Assembly (NCBI GenBank): GCA_021432655.1
Contig: MU271194.1
Coordinates: 81,522 to 145,521, forward strand
Length of the DNA stretch: 64,000 nucleotides
Direction: 5' to 3'
DNA from: Atractiella rhizophila
Lineage: Eukaryota
Part shown: positions 36,422 through 48,721 of the stretch, one piece after another
Numbering within the stretch: the stretch's first letter is position 1
Layout of the letters: each line of letters begins with the position of its first letter
Made by a program: the position numbers and the translations under genes
The notes under the pieces: generated by a model
What the model saw: the letters and a program-made list of their open reading frames with translations, nothing else
Databases searched by the model: none
Told to the model about the DNA's origin: nothing

Positions 36422-37740
36422 CTACTGTATCAATTTCTCCGTCGAAGTCGGCGTAGGTAGAACTTGCTCATCAGCAGGCGAGTCGGTGTCGAGAATGGCC
36501 ATGCGTCGATCGATGAACACCCTGTCTCCTTCCAGGCGTTCCCGCACCCAATTCCACCAGTTCTTGCCGATGTAGAAATAGAAGACTCCAAACACGGCTC
36601 CCGTGATGTTGGCAAGGTGGTTGTAGCCCAGCCAGCCTTTGTACAAGCCCAGGAAGTCAAACGTTAGCTGTTATACCACAATCACATCAGCATGAGTTTG
36701 GTGAATGGGTGGGAAACACTAACAAGACCGGAGCCGAGCCATTTGACATGGAATTCGTTCGAGGGACCAAAGATGACGTAGCCTTCCCTGAGTGGAGCTA
36801 CCCAACGAAGATGAGCAATGCGAAGGAGGGGGATAGAGAGAAACGGACAAACGATCTCGAATGCGACCCAAGAGTAGAGAATACCGGAAGTGATGGTCAT
36901 GGCAGGATTGAGTGCTCCTTTCAAAGAAGTGGAGAGACCCTTTCCTCCAATGAGGAGGCGGTTGATTCGTACAGCGTGAAAGACGTGAGAAGCGAGTACC
37001 GACAGTGTACCAGCTAAAACATGTCAGAACCCTTCTGCAATGGCCGACGGAGATAAGGACGCACCTGTGAGGTAGAAAGCAAGGAAATGATACTTTCCAA
37101 TGGTGGGAGGGAGTTCGAAACCCCTGACTTCCTCACCAGCATCCTTCCGTCGTCCAATCTCCCTCTCCGCCAAGTCCTCGCCGAATCTCCTCTCCACTTC
37201 CCTTCCGAGCGAAGCTATGAAGATGAGCTTGCCGATGAAGGGGGTCCACCTCTTGGTGAAGAAGTTCGACGTCAACAGTGTGTAGCTCCTTCCTGAAAGC
37301 GGTGTATGAGTGAAGTGCGTCTCAAGCCATGGTTGGACCTTCGGGAATCGCTTGGTAGGTAGTCTCGAAGCAGCAAAGAGCGAGATTTGGGTGAGGAGGA
37401 TGAGGGAGGTGATTTGGGGGATGGGAAGGGACGATTTGCCCTCCATCTTTCCCTTCGTCTTATAATTGTCCTTCCTTCGAATCTCCTCCCTAATCTCTCG
37501 ATTGGTGATCCAAGCCGAAGCAACCAGAGTGCCAGCAGATAGCCCGAGCGACCACAACACTGGTCGGAGGATGTTGGCTTCTCCCGTCGCGCTCGAAGTC
37601 GCGGAGGATGCAATCGTGCTCTGTTGGCGCAACTGGCGGATCCGGAAGGCTTGTGGCTTCGAGAAGATGGGCCGAGGAGGAGGAGGGATGCGAAGATTGG
37701 AGAAAAATCGTTTCGTCGTTTGAGCGTTCGTATTAGCCAT
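36422..37740 (-). CDS. Pcp1/PARL-like mitochondrial rhomboid, catalytic motifs degenerate
   Basis: Arg/Ser-rich presequence-like N-terminus, HTPLSGRSYTLLTS, YHFLAFYLTAG, and GWLGYNHLANITGAVFG aligning with rhomboid TM6. Confidence 0.75.
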
Positions 37741-38606
37741 CGTCCTTTGAGTTCTCGTCCAACTCAGCAGGGAATTGGGTTGGAAGCAAGACATCTTCGT
37801 CACTTTTGTGTGTAGCTTCGATTTATCGTGGTTTGTGCCCGATTGGACTCTAGGATGAGTAGAAGAGACTGAGTGGAGAAGTTATTCTAGAAGACAAGTC
37901 ACAAAAGATGGTTGGCTTAGATAATCTGGGAATGATAAGAGGGAAAATAAGGACGCACGCAGGCTTTGTCTTTATGAAAGCCCTGAAATATGAAGCCTAG
38001 CCACCGGGCACGGAAACGCTGCAACGTGAAGTGTAATCCAGGAAAACGAGGCGGCTATGTACACCCTCGATTTTCAGCTTTGCGGTTCTGAGTCCCAAAT
38101 CCTTTCAAAGGTCCCAAACAGCGAGATGTTACAGGGTCGTGGATGTGAATTGTTGACACTGAAGTGCTGGGGAAGAACTGAGTGGTGGTCGTTTTTGGAT
38201 GTCTCCTCGCGGAACACGGAAGACCGAACAAAGCACAACAAAGTTATTCACGCGGAGATCATTTGGGCTTCGGACTGAACACTGCACCCGCTCTGCCATC
38301 GCCACCCATCGATCGGCTATAAATTATGCACGAACACGACTCCATCACGAGCAACAGAGTCAAGGCTATCCAGCAGAGTGCACCTTATTGTGGAAATTGC
38401 TCAAGAAATTACTATGCAGGGCGACAGCGTCCCAGAACAAAGTCCACGAGGATGTTATTCCGTGCATTATACCACGCAAATCACACTTTCGCTTCTCCTC
38501 ATGGAACAGTATTAAAACACTACCGCAGTTCCATTCACGACAATCTCTCCCGCATCTACTGGTTCGATCTGAGCCGTCGCGACACAAGCGGGAGGTTCAC
38601 GTCCCG

Positions 38607-39402
38607 TTATGACCCTTGTCGCATTTCTCCATCCAGTCTCCCTCGACCATCTGGATCAGTCGTACCGATGCACCCAGCACCGATGTACGCCTGGAAGCCC
38701 GCGCATCCGCCTTCCTTCAACAGTTCCGACACCTCTGCCGGACACTTGGTCTTGAGGAACCATGCGGCGGAGGCGAAGGAGTACGTGTCGGGAAGGACAA
38801 GGGCGAGTACGGCGTTCTTCGTGTCGGGAGAAATGTAGGTGGGAGAGGTCGGATCGTCCGACGTGGAGTCGGGAGGGAAGGGACAGAGAGCGAGAGCGGC
38901 GTCCCGAGTCTCTGGAATGGACAGCGCATAATCCTATCACCACATAGCATTGGATTTTGCTATGGCGAGGTGGGAACAGCCTACATAGACGAAGTTGAAC
39001 ATCATCAGGTTCCTCGTCCCCTGTCCGGGCCTTCCAGGTGCAGGGAAGCTAATGTTCATTGCATCCGATCAGCCTGAAATAGAAGGGGCAATGAGGGACG
39101 TACTGATTCTTCTCAAATCTCAAATTGCCCGTCTCGAACAGCATCAGCGAGATCAAGGCCGCAACTTCTCCCTCACTTTCGACCGCGTACGTTTTGAAAC
39201 TTTCATTGATGTAGGGAACGGCTTCGTCTGCTGTCCTGCACTCTGCAGCAAATGTCGCCGAGGAGTTACATACCGCCGTGGACGGCGCTATGGCAAGTAA
39301 CTGATTCACGCTCAAGTTAGCGCATCCGGCTCGAGCGGAGTTTGCGGAAAGAGGGAGGGAGAAACTAAAGCCAAAGAGGGAAAGAGCGAGTGGGATAAAC
39401 AT
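38607..39402 (-). CDS. Secreted fungal protein of unknown function (ECRTA...FETG...GQGTRN type, possibly lysozyme-like fold)
   Basis: Signal peptide MFIPLALSLFGFSFS, then ECRTADEAVPYINESF, LMLFETGNLRF, PGRPGQGTRNLMM and SFASAAWFLKTKC. Two introns; the true stop may be 38512. Confidence 0.75.
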
Positions 39403-40259
39403 ATTTATAGTCACTATAGGATGTGAACAAGTGCAAAGGAGAGAGGTGACGAGGGCGAGAGGAGCGACGACGAACTGGCTTTATACTGTATGGATATCGG
39501 TGGAGGATACGCACACAATATCCTAGCCCACGCTACTCAATACTCTCGCTCCGCGTTGGGTTGCCATTTATTTTGCTTGACCGTGGTTTCATTTCCGAAA
39601 CAACGCACAAGCAACAACTGTGGTCTGATTGGACCTCCACATTTTAGAACCCATCTTGCCCAGCGTATCAGCCTGCCACAGGCTGCAGCATAGCGAGCCA
39701 GATGAAACCTGCAAGCTTGAAATCTGAAGAGATAAAGAGCAGTTCCCAGCCTCGCTAGCTCCATCATAATTCTAGCAAAGAGCGGCAAAGTCAAAAGCAG
39801 CGCATCAGTGCAAAATGAGCTGGCGAACCAAAGCCAGAATATAGAAATTGATTAAAGAGAACAGTCGTTACTGAAGAGCTTATATATTTGTGAGACTGCC
39901 CACTCGCGTTCCACCCTTTCCGGAGATGACGCGAACAGGTTACCTCAGGAGCCTGAGGTTGGAAGAATGGATGGCCCGTCTGCCGTTGGCGATGTCGCTC
40001 CTCCTGACTTGAGTGCCAAGGACTGAAAATCAAGAAGAATAAGAATGATAATCATCCTCAAGCGGATATTGGAAGACCCGAGAACAAAGCACCAATGTTG
40101 ATCTAGGTGGTGCAAGTGTCAAGAAACATTTGGGATGCGATCCCCAATTCGATCAACATTGCTTGGCAGGAGGCGGACAAGAGGTAAGGAACAGACAATT
40201 GGATTCAGTCATTAGTTCAGTATCCAGTATAGATATTCGTTGCTGCTTTATCGCCGACG

Positions 40260-41377
40260 TTACTTGGAAGACAACTGGACCGTCAACGAGAGAGACTAAG
40301 AGGAGCAGTCCAGTTTGCGAAGTCAGAAGAAAGAGGTGTGGCTTACAGTCCCCCCTGAGATTGAGGTAATTGAAACTTTCACATCTCCAATTTGGAAGCT
40401 GTAAGGAGATCCTGGATCAGAGACAGGGTCCCAAAATTGTCCCTGTTGGCCGTCAGCTGCATAGCTGACGCGATACCAAGGAGAGTCGCCGATGTGAAAG
40501 ACCTGCGTGGGGACATGGATCTCTACACCAAACCAGAGAGTGCTGTCGGCGGACGAAGTGTATGTAGCATAATTATCGCAAGGAGTAGAGGCGAGATCAT
40601 TTGCGTTGTCGATCCACGCTAGATCACTGGTGCCGAGAGAGCCCTTCAAGGTTTGGTTGGGAAGTTGTGTGTAGTGAATGAAGGGATTGGAGCGTTCATA
40701 TTGAGAGGTCAAGGTCCAATCAGTCGACGTTAGGTTAAGCCAATGGATCTGGTAGTCAGGAGCAACGCCACTCGTAAGAGCCGCCTGACAAATCTGCCTT
40801 TTCAACAATAATTTAGAGTCGGGCGGCGCCTGATACTGCAACTGTTTGACCAAGCAAGCCTGGAATATACTCGTCAATACAGGACTGAAAAGGCAAAGAC
40901 ACTCACTCCCGAAACTTGGAGCCCTCCCACTCCCAGTGCCGCTAGCAATTCTTGTGAAACCACCCCTTCCTCCATCTCTCCCAAGTTTGCCAAGTCAAGT
41001 GCTTCGGCATCGGCCACCCTATCGGTGTTCAGCCAAAGGCTTCGAGTACTGTTGATGAACCGAACAACATCAGCACCCAAGTCTCCTGTTTCCAATTCTA
41101 AAATCTCTCCCTCTTGAATAAGTTCGCCAAGAGCAGTGGGATCGCTCAATCCTTCAGCAAATTGCTGAACAGCAGGGAATACCAGTAGATTCCCTTCGCC
41201 ACCGGGTAGACCAAAGCGCTTCTTCACAACTTTAGAACCTAGAGTTGGAGGTAAGGGGAGAGACGAAGGAAGGGCGAGTTTTTTCTTGTTCGGAGCTACA
41301 AAGCTTCTCCGCCACGAAGAATCAGCAATTCCAATATACCAGGAGACGGTATCGTTCCAGAGCACGGTAGCCGACAT
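40260..41377 (-). CDS. Hypothetical protein with beta-rich C-terminal domain
   Basis: ATG at 41377. Two introns join ORFs 40874-41425 and 40323-40877 and a last exon SLSLTVQLSSK*. Confidence 0.65.
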
Positions 41378-42597
41378 TGTTCTAGAGCTGGTTGAGGGGA
41401 AAGGAGATCTAGTGCAGATATGCAAGGCAGAAAAGTTCTGCTTTTATATCTTGAGAGGAAGTCAACTAGGCGTAGATACCAAGATCTTCCACAGAAAGGA
41501 GTGCCGTTAACGCCAGATACCAAGGGAAAATCCCACCAAACCTACTCCTCTTCGTGAAAGAGGGCGTCATATACTAAACATCTCTTACCACTACGAAAAG
41601 TGCTATCTTTAGTGCAATCGTCCTGAAGAAGAAAATCATTCTGCTCTCACCCAGCTGGAGCTCCGCTTGGCAAGAAAATCAACCTGGTCCAAACATGTTA
41701 CCAGCGCGGTCAGGTGAGCCATAAAAGATTTTCAGACTGGTATTAATAGGTCTGGTAATAGGAAACCTCACCGCAGAGGGTAGGATTCGTACTCAGAGGG
41801 AACTGGCCACTCAAAAGTACGAAAGATACATTCTCCTTCTCAAGTTCGATGTCTGGCCCATCACTTGATTTGGACTGTGCACGCGAGCTTCCTCCGAGGA
41901 AGTAAAAATTATTCTCCCAATCAGGAAAGTATCAGAAACCTGTGGGAGATTGCTTGAACATGAGATCGAAAAGTGATCGATCATCGCTTGGCAACCCATT
42001 GTGGAAATAATTAAGTACTTATAAGATGATAATATCTCCTCTAGAACACGGAAAGATCCTCAATCCAAATCCAGAGAAAAGATCCAATGAATAGTAGAGG
42101 ATCTTAAATTAACTGGAACGCCAATGCTACTGAGGACTGGAGGCAGGCTGGCAGTGAATCCACTTGAAAGCTTCACAGCATTAACTTGTAACCGTCAATC
42201 CAAGCTTAAATGTTTTTTTAAAGAAAGACACACTATGGACAATCACATCAAATCCTCGTCGTGGTTTTGTTCCCGAATAGCTTCCTGCGCCGCGACTCAT
42301 TTCTCTTTCCTCATTTGGTCCTTATTGTTTTTAAGGTTCGGCTCTATTGCAACTGAATTGAAGTTAGGTACAACTAACTGCACAACACTTGAGGTGGCAC
42401 ACCCTTTCTGTTCCTTCCCCTCCACTAATTATCTTCAATTCTTTGGCTGGCGATAGCAATGATTCAAGCGTACGCGCGTTCAAGCGATGACTGCATCGAT
42501 TCTGCATGTCAGCGTCCCAAGCTTTGTGGAACTCGAAGCTTTGAAGGTTGAAGCCAGAGGTTGCATTGGGCTACTATTACTTGCAGAGAAGCATTAT

Positions 42598-44757
42598 TCA
42601 TCTTTTAAATCCAAAAGTACCGTGAAATCCCAACCCGAACACACCATCATGTCCCTTCTCTTCCTTTGGCAACTCAGCCCTAAAAACCTCTTCGAAACTA
42701 ACAGCATCTAAGCCTAGCAGGAAGCTCTTCTCCTTCCCTCTCCCCTCTCCTGCATCGAAAACGGCACTGAGAACTATTCCGTCGTCCTCTCGCTCTGCAC
42801 CTGGTCTGGGAATGAAGATGGGTTCCGAAGGTGTGCAGAACGGTCGGTACCAGCGTTTGACTTTAATTTCTTCCTTTGCTCCTGGTGAGGAGGAAGGAAG
42901 CGAGATTTTGATCAGCGAATCGAAAAGTGTCCTCCTCTCTCTGCCTCGAGAAGAGTTGTGGGTCCCGTAAGCATATCGATACTCCTTCCCTCCACGAGCC
43001 GGATGAAGGTTCGGCAATTCGATGGTTTCCCCGTCTCCCAACTCAAACAGCTGCTCAGCGACGCCTTCAACCTTCCCTTCCTGCACGACAACCTTTAACC
43101 TCTTAAACACCCCACCAACATTGGTGTCCTTGAGTTTGCGCATGTTCGAAATATAAAGTTGCTGAACTATGTCATGGTTCTTATACGCCGAATAGTCGAT
43201 GATGACCTCGTTCCCGAGTTGGAATGCGTTGATGCAGTGGAAGCAGAAGAACGGCGGTGCGCTGTACTTCAACACGTTTCCAGAGCCAGAGCGGGGGATA
43301 AGAAAGATTGTCGTCTTGCGATTCGGATCCCAAGCCTTGAACGAAGACGCTACATTTCGCTTGATCACATCAATATGTCAGCTATTGTCGGCAGGATGAA
43401 GAGGGAGATGCATACGTTAAGCAATATAGATGCGCCATTGAGGGAGAAATCGCATTGCCACACTGTGAGGACGACGTAGCTACAGAATCATGAGAGTCAT
43501 TGCCGGTCTTATTCGAAAAGGAGCGAGAAAGAACATACTCGTCGGTACACAAAAGCGAATGTAAATACGCCGCCGGAGCACGCGCATCTTTAATCTTAGC
43601 AAGAACTCTTCCCTTCTCATCCTTCTCCCCACCGAACCCAAATACGGTCCACTCCGTCGTCCTTCCCATCTCGATCGCAAAATTGAACACCTCTCCCGTC
43701 CTCGGATCCACAGCGGCATGTGCAGCGGCCAATTTTCCATTCGGAGGAGCGGGCGAAGGGTAACGGCTCTTTGCTGTCGGTTCGAGGGTGGTCGGATCGA
43801 CGGAGAGGAGGAGGTTGGCGTCTGTGGTGAGCACGAGGGAGTCGAAAGGTGAGTCCTTCTCCACTTTACCGTTGGTTCCAGTCTTAGAGGACGATGGGAA
43901 CGAAAGAGGAGGATTAGCGAGCAAGGTCACCGAAATATTAGCGTCTGTGATCTCCTCTTTCTTCGGCGCTCCTTCCAAGAAGTGACTGAAGAATCCCCTG
44001 AAGACAGACTTGCAAGGATCCTGGCCGAAAGAGATCCCATAGTACTGTCCGCTCTTCTTGATTCGCTCGACAAGATCTGGACAGGTGTTTCTCGAGCGAT
44101 AGAACACTTTGCGATCACGAATTGTAAACTTTTGAAGCTGGCCTGTACACCGCAAGGCTCTTCATTGAGACTTGAAGCTTGATGGTTGATGAGAAGGTGG
44201 GGTAACTCACCTAATCCGTCGAACCAGTGCGAGATCTCGAACGTCTTTCCTGCTTTCTTGCCTTCCAAATCAATGCTATAGGTCGCAGGTCCCGTACGAT
44301 AGAGCGTTCCCCTGATTCCGAGACAGGTCAGTTCTGCGCAGGAAATTAACTCAAGGCGAATAATGAAGTGCTCTTCTATGGGGATGAATGGAACTTAAAG
44401 AGAGAAAGATCTATGAGAGGGAAGAGAGACCTACTCCAACCACTCTGGGACCTTCCCTTCCCCTCTACCACTACCTCCTTCACCATCCTGACCGGAAGAG
44501 AGGATCATCTCCCTCTCCTCTCTCACCTCCATCATATTTTGAAACAGACGTTCAATGGACCATCTCGCGTCGTCTCTTCCTTCCTTCTTCTCGCCGTTCT
44601 CCTTTGCTCCGTCAGCCGCAGACTTCGGACTGTCGCCGTCATGTGCTTGTGTTCCCGATCCAACATTTGTTGTGGTAACAGAGTTGGATGGCCCATTGGA
44701 CTCGTCGTCAAGTGCACATTTGGGGAGGGAGCAAGGAGAAGAGGCGGGAGAATTCAT
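42598..44757 (-). CDS. Carotenoid cleavage oxygenase (RPE65/CCD family)
   Basis: VPEWL-GTLYRTGP, SHWFDGLG, four Fe-ligand His contexts (AAAH, YLHS, FHCIN, GFHG) and SEPIFIPRPGAEREDDG. Confidence 0.92.
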
Positions 44758-45834
44758 ATTTGTTGTAGAGTAGTGACACTGCGTTCAAGCTCAATGTCAA
44801 GAGGTCAGAACTGCACAAGATATATAGCCCAACGTGACGTGGGTGGGTGCTTCGTGTTTCGGTGGGCAAACCGAGTTGGAACGGTGGGAACTTTTGGGAA
44901 GGCTGAGAGAACTTGGGCGAGGGTTCTAATACCCAGACAGCTCAGATCTCCACAAAAAAGCTGACAAATACACGAAACGAAAGCTCGTCGTAACAGAGAG
45001 TGTTCTCCTGCTTCCTCCTGCCAAGCGGAGACGCTGAAACCTCACTTTATAAGTGGTCGTCTCGCGCGAATCGCTCAAAGTTCAGCTGGCCGTGACGAAA
45101 TAATCGCCGTTTGAGGAGGCCCTTCCCTCACGCTGCCAGACAGCGCTCCGTGGGCTCGTTGTCCTATCATGTCAGAGTTCCACTTCGCGAATTCACAAGC
45201 GATATCGCAATGCCATGGACATTCGCCTGACAGCGTGCTTTGTGGTTATGGCAGTAGAGTCAGTGAGAAGAGAGAAGGGTGGGCCATGCCGCAGTCGCGG
45301 AGAGTGGAAACTGTGATTCGTTCTGAATAGTGTCGTCGGTACCGTCGTTTGAACCGACAGCAAGGGCAAAATCTGCAAGGAAACGTAGGAAAAGATACAG
45401 TACAGGAAAGTATGAAAGAGAAGATTGAGGGATGGGTGAATTACAGCAGCACGTGATGTTGCCTGTGCCACTTCCCAACCTACGGATTCCAAAATTTGTC
45501 TGACTGTTCTTCTACAACAACAATCGACCGATTATCCAAGGTTATCGATGGAAAACTTCCAGGGTACTCATTGGCAAAGTCAAACAGTCAAGGATATCTT
45601 GTTTCCAATATCCTAACAGTAACAGCTAAATACAAAGCTCAGTCTATGCACACACAAAATCATCTGCACCAGCAGTACTGAAACTGAACTGAGGACGAGG
45701 GTACTTATTGATAATCGAACCAACCCATCATGATAGAAAATCGTCGAACTGTCCATGTCATAATCACCGATTCAAAAGCCATAATAGTCATCAATATCCT
45801 TGTCCATACGCATGCATCTTCTCATTCAGGGCAA

Positions 45835-47829
45835 TTAATTGGCGACCACCTCCCTCTTCCTCGTTCCCCACCTCCTAAGTCCTCCCAAACCTCCTGCTGT
45901 ATGACCGTCCGCGTTTGCACTCGGCTCTTTAATCCTCTTCGCCCACTCCACCACTTCCCTTCCTTTGTCCCTTCCCAAATCGACAGATCGTTTGATTGTC
46001 CCTTTTCTCCTTCCCCAAGTACCTCCTGATCCTCCTTTGCCCGGTGTGGACGCATTGGAGATAGTGGAGGCGGTGGGATGACGATAGAGGTCTTCTTCCG
46101 CGTCTGGAATCACATTGGAGACAAGAGCGGATGGTTGGGCTACGGGAGGAGGAGAGGCTGAAGAAATAAGGGGCTCTTTCGGCGGTATAGGGGGCTTGTC
46201 CTCTTGGGCCGATGGCAGTGACGAGACTGGAGCAGGAGCAGGAGGTCGCGGTGGAACAGGTGGAGGGATTCCTGCTGCGTAAGAATAAGTGACAGGCGCC
46301 TTCTGTCCAGCCTCTCTTCCTTTCACTTCTCTCTCCATAACCTCCCCTTCCATCCCAACCAACGCCGAGGCAGGATGACGCGCAATGCCTTCAGCGTAGG
46401 AATAGACATCTGGCGTCCTCAACCCTCCATCCCTCCCCTTCGAATCTCTATGTTCCACGGTCTTGTGAATTTGAGGAGCAAGCGGCGTTTCTGCCCCAAT
46501 GTACGAATAAGCTTCCGGCGTCCTTGTACCCCCTTCATCCATGCTTTGTCTTCCTCTCCTCGCTCTAGAACGATCCGAAGGTCTCGAAAGTGAGCCTGAG
46601 AGAGAGCCTGATCTGGAGGATAGGCTGGATCCGGAGTTAGTGGATCCGGACGTGTTGGGACGTCGAGAGAGCGACAAGGAGCGCTTCGCCTTAGTCAAGA
46701 GCTCGGTGAATCGTGCACTGGACGCAACGGAGGTGGGAGAGGTGGGAGGAGATGTCATGGTTGAATTGGTAAGAGTGGAGGTCGGTGAGTTCGGCGTCTG
46801 GTTCAAGAGGACGTTAGGGTGTTGCGTCTTCAACTTGTTCGACGGTTTCCTGTCCAATCCATTGTCATTGTCTACTCGGTTCTTGCTAGCCATTGAGTCG
46901 CGTGATATCGTTCGATGCAAATATGAGGATATTTTGGACAGTGAACTCGCCCGCTTCCGAGTCGGCGGCCTTTCATCTTGCTTCTTCCCCTCTTCTCCTA
47001 ATCCTTGCCCATCTCGGGAAGGGAACTTTCTCCTCCAAGTATCGAGGCTTCTCCTCTCCCATGCCCTCTCCCCTTTCTCTCCATCTTGCGCTCTTGAAAG
47101 GGATGAAGAGCGGCTAGGGCGTCGAGAAGAAGGCGAGGAGAGCGAGAGTGATTTCTTGAGAGCTGCTCCCATCCTATATCCGGCAACATAAGCTCTACTT
47201 CCTCTAACACCCTCTCCATCCCCATCACCAACCGCAGCCTGAGAGGCGCTCCCGCTCCTTCCCCTCGTCTCCCGGTCCAGTTCAATCAAGTCTGCGTTCC
47301 TTCTAGAGCTCCTCATCTCCCTCTTCCTCTCCTCCTTGGTTCTCCCACTCCTCCCAACCGTTCCTCCACGCTTGATACCCTTCCCAGCGAGTTGCAAGAT
47401 GGAGTTCCCAGATCCATCACTGCCGCTTCCGCTCCTGCTCCTGCTCCTCGACAAATCGCTTTCTACAGCGTTTGGCATGACAATGACAGGTGTCTGCACC
47501 AGCTCGTCGTCTCGGTCCAGCGGGATCTTGGGAGGTATGGGAGGAGGAACTATTTTATGATCTCGCCCATTGTAGATATCGGGGCTTGAAGAAGAAGCGG
47601 CTCGTTTGTGTGCTGAGGCTTCGATCGCTGTGCGGGACGCCAGCCAGAGGCCGACGGTGTGAGCGTGGACTTGTGCTGTTCGATGTCCATCGTGCATCAT
47701 TAGCATCCTTCAGCTGCCTGGTCAAGAAGAAGTAGGCGAACCTGAATAGTCCTTTAGGTTGGAAGGCGGAGGAGAAGGCGTGGAAGGAGGTGAATAGTAC
47801 GTTGTGGTTCCCGTGCGTGTGGAATACAT
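45835..47829 (-). CDS. Hypothetical low-complexity (Ser/Arg/Pro-rich) protein
   Basis: 623-aa open frame. A probable first exon MYSTRTGTTTYYSPPSTPSPPPSNLKDYS splices onto AQVHAHTVGLW. Confidence 0.7.
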
Positions 47830-48170
47830 CGAATCTGGTCTTTCCATTCCTTTGTGCAAATCGGGACGCTAAGGATGTAGGTACAAATACGAGAGAAAAG
47901 ATTGTCGAAGGGAAGCCCGAGGATGAAGAGAGGCTTTTGTACTTTGCTGGAGAGTCAATATTACGTCACTTTATGAAGGCCATTGAATCACGAAATTGCG
48001 GCACATGACTTTCAACCTGCAGGACAACACGTTTTTTTTGGCGTATTTCAACATTTTAATCCCTGCAGCCTATTTGCAGTGAAATGTGGGAGAAGTCATG
48101 AGTCTCATTGATTACCGTCGTGCACAAGTTCAATACATATTAAGGCTCTGATAGTCCTGCAAAAAAGTGT

Positions 48171-48721
48171 TCACACGAACGCAACAAATCCAGCAGCAAC
48201 ACCAGCAATTGCGACTCCAAATTCTCGAAATCCGATGACTAACCTTCCTGAGGAGGAGGACTCAACGTCGACCTCATCGATCTGCTCAGGAGTGAGGGAA
48301 GCAAGAACTTGTCCATCTTCTCCGTAGACAGCAGTAGGACCGACAGAAACATCTTCAGGGAGACTAGTTATCTCTGGTTAGAAAGAAAATACGCATAATT
48401 CTGCTTAAGGACGGACCCAGTCAGGGTTTCGGTTGGAACTTGGAAACCTTCTGGCCAAATCGCCCTTCAACTCCCCATAAGCAGAACGAACAGCTTAGTC
48501 GAGGAAGAGCCTTACGTGGGAAGCGTGTAACTCGTCAATCCTTCAAGGTCCTCTTCATCGATGACAGGATGCCCAGAAGGCAGCGCTCGAACAACAGGGT
48601 AGCTTCCCACAAGACAGATCAGAACGCATAGGACAGAGCGGGAAAAGACCCACTCCTTGACAGGGCTAGCAGCCACCATAGCACTGAAAAAAGCCAAAAA
48701 GAAAAGGGTAAAAGGCTTCAT
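48171..48721 (-). CDS. Small secreted, probably GPI-anchored protein
   Basis: Signal peptide MKPFTLFFLAFFSAMVAASP, three introns, acidic core, and C-terminus SSSSG...FGVAIAGVAAGFVAFV*. Confidence 0.75.

Noticed and set aside
38326..39300. Plus-strand ORFs 38326-38838, 38616-39077 and 38995-39300
   Set aside because: Antisense shadows of the minus-strand secreted-protein gene.
41900..41990. Peptide NYSPNQESIRNLWEIA, faintly like the Tc1 motif SPDLNPIENLW
   Set aside because: Too short and flanked by stops. No terminal inverted repeats or other DDE motifs.
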